A DNA stretch of 64,000 nt. It comes from Antedon mediterranea. Its lineage: Eukaryota; Animalia; Echinodermata. The stretch is from the NCBI RefSeq assembly GCF_964355755.1, contig NC_092678.1, positions 15,605,881 through 15,669,880 of the forward strand. The letters run 5' to 3'. Shown one piece after another: positions 55,377-64,000 of the stretch; positions within the stretch are counted from its first letter, which is position 1, and each line of letters starts with the position of its first letter. The notes beneath the pieces were generated by a model. The model had not been told where the DNA came from, did no database searches, and was given only the letters and a program-made list of their open reading frames with translations. The translations under genes were made by a program, and so were the position numbers.

Positions 55377-56722
55377 ATGCGTCCTGAAAACCATTGGATT
55401 AGATTATATTTCAATCGTAGCTTAAATTATCAAGAGATTATTGAAATGTTAGCAGAAGATCATGATATTTTGATAAGTAAACGAACATTAAAGCGAAGGC
55501 TGAAAAAAATGTGCCTTAGTCGAAGAAAACGGCATTCTGACGAACTGGAAGTCGCTGCGTTCATTGAAAGTCAATTACAGACGTCAGGGATGCTACATGG
55601 GTACAGGTGGATGCACATTCGTTGCACACAAAATGGGTTAAACATAGATAAAGAGACGGTCAGAATAATTTTAAACCTTCTTGACCCAGAGGGTGTCGAA
55701 GCAAGAAGAAGACGACGACTACACAGAAGAATTTATCATGTACCTGGCCCAAACTATATCTGGCATATCGACTCGTACGACAAACTTAAGCCATACGGCA
55801 TTTGTATAAATGGCTGTATAGACGGATTCTCTAGACACATAATATGGCTAGAAGCTTACTTTACTAGCAGCAATCCAAAAGTTATAGCCGGCTATTACGT
55901 AAATTCTGTTCGCCAAAAAATGGGTTGTCCAAAGTCTATTAGAACAGATTTCGGAACTGAAAATTCTATTGTTGGTCCAATGCAGCAATTTCTTTGTAAT
56001 GAGAACAGCAGTTTTATACAAGGAACAAGTCAGCATAATCAACGAATTGAGAGTTGGTGGGGCATTCTCAGAAAACACTTTACTCAGTTTTGGATGGACG
56101 CCTTTAAACAACAAAAGAATGACGGTAGATATGATGGAGGTCTTATAGACAAATCTTTATTACAATTTTGTTTTATGAAAATTATCCAGGTAAGCAGTAC
56201 AGCAATTACATTGTGTGCTATGCATTATAGTCCCCAAGTACGACAATTATAATAATAATTTGGGCTTTCGCAACAATTTGAAAAGCAAACAATATTAGCC
56301 TAGAATTAAATCACTCCTCTTTTATTTACGATATTGTTTTTTTTTTCACGGTCTAAACTGTCATTAAACTATTTGTTTTTACAATATATTTGCCTTTTTT
56401 AAAGGATGAACTGGACACGGTTGCAAACGAGTGGAATGCCCATCGCATCTCAAAATCGAGAAATAGCCATGGTCCGTTTGGACGCCCGACATTGATGTAC
56501 AATGTACCATACTTATTCGGGGGACAAGAGTGTATTATTCCCGTTGATGTGGCTAAAGTTGAAGTTTGTGAAAGTGAATCCATCTTCAAAAGCCAGATTC
56601 CATGCGATAAGGACGTGTTCGACTTATGTTCCATATTCTTGGAAGAAAGGCAGCTATCGATGCCGAAAACATGTGATGAAGGTTTGCAGTTATACAGCAG
56701 TCTTAGAAAATATGTTTCTTGA
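55377..56722 (+). CDS. Integrase-core (rve/IS3-like) DDE transposase, 376 aa, two exons
   Basis: Exon 55377-56189 (CAG|GTAAGC) + 56405-56722 (AAG|GAT), phase 0, no stops; N-terminal HTH-like ISKRTLKRRL, GYRWM, RRRRLHRRIY..PGPNYIWHID, IDGFSR, IRTDFGTEN, NQRIESWW, WNAHRI; acidic triad in HID / RTD / RIE. Confidence 0.88.
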
Positions 56723-57404
56723 CGTCATCTGATCAAATGCCACAGCAAGCACGTGATATCACATTATCATGTTATAAATCGTTTTTTTTATTAATTAATT
56801 GTCGCTGTGATATTATTTCCAATACAAAGTTAGAATTGCAACGAACACAATGTAATGAATACAATATAAACAATTATATTTATAGTATTATGTTCAGTTG
56901 GTGATGATCAGACAGAATTGTGTTATGTAGCTGTACAATACAGTAAAACAGATGTAATTTAACAACAACATTTTGTTTATTGAAACTTTAATAACAGTAT
57001 TTTATTTCTGAAACAATTACAAAACTGTTGGCTACTAAAATTTGATCATAATTTAAAGATATATTGTCCCCCTGAAAAAATATTTTTTTTTAATTGTTTT
57101 GTTGAATATGTTATTTTAATGTCACATAATAGTTTTTCACTTTCACAAAAAAATGGGTCTGAAAAAAAATTATTTACCTAAGAAAACTGTAATTTAAAGC
57201 AAATAAATGGTCAAATTGGCTGGAAGACAATGAGTTTTGGGGTAATTTAACTGTTTAACTGTTTTGTCTTTCTATAGGTGAAATAATTTTTTTTTCTCGT
57301 TTTTTTTTCTTATGGAAACAACTTCATTAAAACTGCAAAATGGCCTATTCAAAGTCAGATTTAAAAAATCTTTATTCTTCATGATTTTGGGGGACAATAC
57401 ATCT

Positions 57405-60400
57405 TTAAAGTTTTCCAAAACCCTTGCCATTTATGATGGCTTCCTCCATTAGAGTTGTGAATTCCAATGGATCGTCATATCCACGGGGGAGGTGTAAATC
57501 CAACCCACATGTACTGGCTGTCGGGTAACCTCTCATCTTTCGCTCCTTACTAAAAAAAATTATATGTATCTGGTTGCTAAAACCAAGAGGGGGAATTGAG
57601 TCAGCACCAGTAACAAATGTTAGGAAGTCTCCAAGGGATGTCTTGGTCTTTTTATCTAAAATGCATAAAAATAAAAATGTTAAACATTATGAAATAAAAA
57701 ATGTATACTTTTTTCGTCTACCATTTACCCTTTCACCGCTCTTATTAGCATACTTTCGTTTGGTACAAGGAATTACAAATAGGGTATAGCGGTATAGTTC
57801 TTCAAGGTAAAGTTTGTTCGTGAATACACACAACCTTGTTTCTCTCTCGAAGGGCTATATTATATAACTGTAAGGAAATACGGTATTGTATCGTTTCGAG
57901 CCCTGGGGGTACCTAATTTTACTTTGGATATTCATTCTCAGCCCGAAGGATTGGGGGGGGGGGGTATCTCAACACCCCTCCCCTCCCCCCTGCATGTAAC
58001 GCCCCATCTAGAGTTTACTTTAGTTTACATTAAAATAAAGATATAAATACTGTATACAATACCTTCCGACTCTTGTAAGAAAACCTCCAGACAATACACT
58101 GTGTCCTCCTCTTGACTTCGTAAATTGGAGCCTGCCTCTGAATATTCAACTGTCATTAGTGTCTTTAGTACTTGCCGTGTCAGTCTTTTCCCCTCCAGAG
58201 TGAAAAGTGGGACAAATTGGTTTGGGTAATCTCTTACGTTTTCCCAAAGTACTCCCAATCCTTCAGTGAACTGTCGGATTTCACTATGTGTTCTAGATTA
58301 GGAGAAAATGAATGCACCATGTAAATTATAATCACAATTAGCAAATAAAATGTGTTCACATTCATACGACCTGTACAATAATTCCAAGCCTTGATTTAAA
58401 GTTCAGCAATTTTACAGAAGAATCACCCAGAGCAGCCGTCAACCGACAAATAAAAACCAAAGGAGAATTTCATTTGGATGGATTTCGATGGATTTTCCTT
58501 CACGATGCTTTTAAATCCTAATGCCAAAATGTTTCTCCTGTCCTGAACTAGACTTAACCCCTTGTGATTTTCCTTAAGGAAATATGCATAATGATACCGT
58601 ACTATTTCTTGGATTAAAAAGGGCTAGTAACTAATTGTTTACATACATACATATCTATATCTAGTTTACCCGCGTCTAACACTGAATAACCATGTGCTTA
58701 AAATATATTATCATTATTAGGCCTGTTACGTTACCTGTAAAACAAAAAATGCTTTAACAGACTTGACACGACTTGTTGTTTTTGATTGAAATCCGAGTTA
58801 TACAACGTCATGACTCCTTGATCTGCCGCCCAATCCGATAATTCATGTGAAATAGTACGGTACTCATCCGTCGTTTGGCAATTTGCAATCTGGATAAAAA
58901 GATACTGTTACCATCATTCACAAATTAATCAGTCGAGTCTCGTACGTAGGTGTAGTATAATGACTACAACATTCAGCCAATTTAGGGTTTAACAGGGGGT
59001 GGGGGTGGTGGAAGGTGTGGGGGGGGGGGGGGGGGTTGTTTGGACACAAAACCGAACCATGAACCCCCTTGGCTACAGGCCTGTTTAAGCGTCTCCTGAA
59101 ACATTTGGTACACAAACCTTGTTTCCTGGGATTCCACTAAACTATTTTTAATAGCTTGTTGTAGTTGTAAGTCTTCTTCATCGTCTGTATCGTCAGAGTC
59201 TGAACATAAATTCACATATGATGTATATGCCGACCTGTAAACAAAAATAAAATTAAAATTAAAAATCCTTAAAAGAAAGTTTATATGCATAACAGAATAC
59301 TTCTCATACAAACGATCACGGGTAATGTTCGGAAAATTTTAATCGTTGTTCGTCAATCACACCTTACACAGCATTGTGGCATATTTCGAATAATAAGTTT
59401 TTCGATTGACTGGATGTTGAAGGCATATGCGATTGACTTGTCGAGGCTAAATTCATCATTGAGTCAGTAGGTCTATCAGGTACCTGTAAATGGAGCAATT
59501 CATTATAATGCTGGAGTTTACTTTATGAATATTGTATTATAAGTGCACGATGAGTTATTTCACCTTTCTGAACAAGGTTATTTACTACCAGAAAAGATGG
59601 ACTCGGTCTTCTGTTAATTAACAAAAATGAATCACACTAGTATATCATTGAGTTGTACCACAATTATACAATGTATAACTTATGGGTTCCAATTACAATT
59701 TTAAATATTACCTACCTTAAACGATACGGTTGGTGTGTCGGGCTGTACAAGTGGGCGTGTTGGATGGTCTATTTCTACCAACGGTACATCATTATCCCCG
59801 TCGTCGTCATCAGATGACTCGCCACTTCTCTTTCGTTTTACGGCTTCATCTTTTCTGCCAACTGGAGTGGTTTGAAGGTAGAACCTTAGAACTGCCATTT
59901 TGCATTCAGCATACAGCTCCCCAACGCTCATGTCTTTTTTCAAGGGATGTTGTCGAAAATCACATAGCTTGCAGTTGAATTCGCTTAGCTTTCCTTTAAA
60001 TGACAGTCCATCCTTAAAAAACAAGTTAGTGGCAATTTCTAACAGTTCATTATAATTTGTGGACTTTGGCACTATTAGCTGTCTTGTTCCTCCTCCTTTT
60101 TGTTTGCGAACTTGTTTGAAGCATTTTGATTCAGCGTCGTAGTCCAACCACCCTATATCGATTTTCCGATTTGTTTTTTGGGCATTTTTGTTCCCTAACA
60201 GCGTGCTTGAGCGCGTATCCCAAAGATTTCCGTCCTCTTCCACGTCCTCTTCATCGTCCCTTCTCTTGTTCAATTTTTGTTTGAGTTTTTGTAGAACTGT
60301 TTCTTTTTTACTTTTACCTTTGCGTCTTTTGTCTTTGCAAAATTCGCGTACAGCAATTCTGTCCCCAAGGAGAGGAATAAATTTCGAAAGGTCTTCGTCA

Positions 60401-61112
60401 GTCATGGCTACTATAACTACTGAATCAATCTGCAAAAACAAAAGTTGATTAACATCATGCATTACATAGTCACATTAAGGGGTCGAGTGAAAGTTTCAAT
60501 ATATTTGATTAGGCATACCAATGATTGATCTAAACATTAAACCTTTTAAAATGTGTGCGTACTGTGTAAAACATCGTGGCATGCAAGCGACCCGTATGTG
60601 CTACGTTAAATTATGAATTTTCTTAACAGATTAGGATAAATCATGTATATGTACATATATCAATTTTAATATTGATTAGATAAACACTACAACTTTAAGG
60701 GAAACAGTTTATGGAAACAAAATTTGAATTTGATGTACGTTTGCCTTTTATTGGGTGAAAAACTTCAATATTTGGGAAAATTACAGATTTCACAGTACAA
60801 ACCCCCTTTTTACGCCGCTTATTAGGGGGTTCACAAAAACCCTAAACATTCCCCCTCTCCCTGGATTCGCAACTGGGCGTCGTGTGAACGTTTCAACCTC
60901 ATACAACAAAGATGCAGAATAGGACTATAGGCCTATATTAATCTTATAGAGGATACAATATTTAATGACAAATATAATTACAGTATAATATTTAGTATTC
61001 CCATGATTTAAGCATCATAGACATTGTTTTTTTTTACCTTTTCATCCCTCATTCTCTGTATGTACTCCTCTTCAATTCCTCGTTCCTCCATGTATTCATA
61101 TAACTTATCCAT
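57405..61112 (-). pseudogene. SAM-UIM-HECT (G2E3-like) E3 ubiquitin ligase gene, apparently internally deleted or disrupted
   Basis: Exons 61038-61112 + 59716-60429 (SAM-like: YIQRMRDEK|IDSVVIVAMTDEDLSKFIPLLGDRIAV; KGGGTR), a broken segment ~59300-59483, 59118-59234 (UIM-like DEEDLQLQQAIKNSL), 58735-58889, 58063-58292 (QFTEGL), 57405-57655 (LTFVTGADSIPPLGF..YPTASTCGLDLHLP..GFGKL*); start of the HECT N-lobe missing and phase mismatch between 59118 and 58889. Confidence 0.78.
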
Positions 61113-61494
61113 CGCCGTATCTTTCGTGAATTTAATGTAGGGCCTATGGTTTTATTCCCCAGTAGAGCTTCTTGTACCGCCAACCGAATTAAGCCCTAAT
61201 GATTGCACAAACAGACTTTGGTAAGCGAATGGCTACTTTTTTGCGTAAAAGTTGGAGGCTTCCCCACTATATTATCATGGGGTAATTCAAGTGTATAGCT
61301 ATAGCGACTTTAGCCTAGTATAAAAGTACAGTTATTGGTTAGTAATATAACATTAATGTATTCTATTTTTTAAAAACTTATTCAGATTAAATTAAGGTAT
61401 GATTAAGTGTTAATGTTAATAGCTAGCCGTAATGTGTGTACTCTCCAGTCAAAAAACGGAATACACAGGGATGTGCCTTCGCTATTGAAATTTA

Positions 61495-61741
61495 CTGGGT
61501 GCTCAAAACAGAGACCTCGAAAACAAAGATCAGATACCCGGGTCTCTGTTTTGGAGATTTTATAAACAGAGACCCCCCACCCCCACCAAAAAAAAAAACT
61601 TCTCGATATTACATTATTTAAGGGGTATCTGTTTTCCAGAAAATTTCGAAAACAATCGAGAAAATCTCTAAAACAGATACCCCCCTATATAACGTAATAT
61701 CAAGAAGTTTTAGTGGGGGTCTCTGTTTTCGAGACACCCTG
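61495..61741. mobile_element. MITE
   Basis: GGGTGCTCAAAACAGAGACC / GGTCTCTGTTTTCGAGACACCC inverted ends with internal AAACAGAGACC repeats. Confidence 0.6.
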
Positions 61742-64000
61742 AATTTACCATAACACTTGATTGTTTTTGCAATTAAATTCACGTTTTGTTTTATATGTAT
61801 TGTTTCCCAATTACTTATACTTCTAACAGTTATGAAATGACACTGTCAAATGTAGCAAATCTGTCAAATAAAAACTTGATTTCCGACGAGATAACACACA
61901 TTTACGTGATGCGATTTATGAAATAATATGAAGCTTTCATGCCTAGTTATTCATAATCCGACAATTATTAGTGGAGATAATTTTAAAAACCGTTTAAAAA
62001 CAGTGATTTTAAACAAGGTCGCGTTTCGGGATGCACAACGCGCGTGTCGCTTATTTACGGAATACAATTGATATGTGCCCCATTTGCACTCATTTAATAT
62101 CCTTCATTGAAATGGGACATAACTTACATAAGGTTTCGATACTATAACTAACTAACTAAGTTTTATTATGATAAAAGAAATATAGGCCTAACTTAATATC
62201 GGTATGCACGCACATGGTTGACGTTGAGTTGTGCTAAATTACGAATAATATTATAGTATTGGAATTGATATTATCGAATGAAATTATTAAGACTAATTCA
62301 TTTAAATACGTAAAATTAATCAAAGTAATATTTATTTTGAAGGATATAAATATGTATACATATATTCTTTCTATTAAAGTTAATGTTAAAACTGGTCATA
62401 CAGTTATTAATTGCTGACTATTTGCCATAGTCCTACAGCGAAGCCTAAAACTTTAAACATTCAACTAAAATAATATGTTAATTCATTTTCGATGATTGAG
62501 TTGAGTTCAACAAAAACAAAAGATAAAACGTACTTACTGAAATATAAAATATGCTGGAATTTCACTGGAACCGTAGGATAAAACAAACTATTTATTTTGT
62601 AAGTTTGTATGAAGCAGCAATGGTGATGGAAATTAATCTTACGTATTTATAGTTTTAATAAGTAATTGCTTAACCAATCAAATTGTCGGAAAATGATGTA
62701 AACCTAACATCAATCAAATAAGACAGTGAATTGGTTTTTATCAACCCGGCACTTTTTTGGGCATGATTCATGGTTTCCCTTCCATTCCATATTTACATTC
62801 CTCGTGGTTTATATCATGTCCCTTATTTCCTTGTCTTCATTTTCCACATGCTCTAATCCATCATATGCCTATGTTTACATTCCAAAAAATGACACTCATG
62901 GAATCACTCTAAACTTATGAGTTGATCACTTCTTGTAATGAAATAGATGCGATTTGTAATTATATAATAATAAAATAACATCAGTACGTATATTGTTCGT
63001 TTTACTATACTAAATCTTCAATTTTCAACTATTGTACAATTCTTGATTTAAACTGTTTTGTTTTTACTTAGATGGTCTGTGATTAGTTTTTTTTGTTTAA
63101 ACTGTACCGTACTTTATCATCTAGGGGCGTATCCGGTGGGTTGGGTGGCGGGGGGGGGGGGGGATGCTGTCGTTCCCCCTTCTTTTTTCAATAAAACAAA
63201 TTGAAATTGAAATTGAAATTGAAACGGTCGGCGAATCAAAATTTCACAAACTCACATTAAGGTTGACACCCCCACCCCTCTTTATATTCATTGTTGGCTA
63301 ATCTATCATCCCTTGTCATTAATTTAGAATGTTTACACTCTTATGTTTGACAATAAAGTTGAAAGTTAAGAAAATATTGTCATATTGATTCGAATATCAA
63401 TACAGTATCAAGGGCGGGTCTACTACCTTGTCATCTGCCATTTGGCAAGTCCATGAGGGGGCGGGTCAAAGAATTTAAAATAGAAGGGGAGAGGGAGCAG
63501 AGGTAATGTTTCTCAATATGACATGTTCATTTCAACTGAGAAGCAAACAAAAAAGAGGAAGGTAAAATTTCCCGGCTATAAGATTTCAATTTCCAACAAC
63601 ATTTGTCATTTAGCGTCTCGGACGTAAATTGAATCCGCCCCTGAGTATTGTACGTTTTGTATACCATTTGTTTGAAAAAAGAATCCGTGTACTATAGTAG
63701 GCCTACAGGAATTTTTTTGAAAATGGCCAAAATATCACCTTTTTTAAAATACAATTATTATGCGATAATATTGCCATATGCGTATATTGTGTTATCAACA
63801 TGTTATAGAGCTATAGTTGCATTCCTCTATAATATTTTTAAATAACTGGTGCAAGACATAATCTGTCAGTCCATGGCAGTATTTTAAATATTAAATGTAT
63901 CATATTATTTTCATTGACAGAATATCGTAATCCCATAAACTCGTTATGATCGATGAAATCAACGGCTAAGCTGCAACGACTTGTTGCTATTGTAATGTAT

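Noticed and set aside
54283-56722. LTR retrotransposon made of the solo LTR plus the integrase
   Set aside because: The LTR is closed by its own ACAAT TSD; no gag, protease, RT or second LTR; the integrase gene has an intron
62710-62868. Possible terminal exon on the minus strand (AYDGLEHVENEDKEIRDMI*)
   Set aside because: Too short, no recognisable homology, no upstream exon supported in the window

Overview
AT-rich, intron-containing animal genomic DNA. The 18S fragment, gene content and repeat landscape suggest a marine invertebrate deuterostome, probably an echinoderm (inference). I reconstructed three host genes exon by exon: DNAJC2/zuotin (minus, runs off the left edge), MCM2 (minus, complete, 17 coding exons) and TPRA1 (plus, complete). 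MCM2 and TPRA1 sit head-to-head on a short E2F/CCAAT promoter, as in human. The right end carries an intact two-exon integrase-type DDE transposase, preceded by a palindromic repeat array and convergent with a damaged SAM-UIM-HECT E3 ligase gene; this is a candidate cargo-carrying transposon. Other highlights: a 24-copy 36-bp array that multiplies an in-frame MCM2 5' splice site; a minimal hammerhead ribozyme in inverted Penelope-type repeats that bracket a captured 18S rRNA fragment; and a four-element nested transposon stack. Introns are dense with MITEs, 5S- and tRNA-derived SINEs and LINE fragments. Coordinates were read by eye, and family assignments come from recognised motifs, not database searches.
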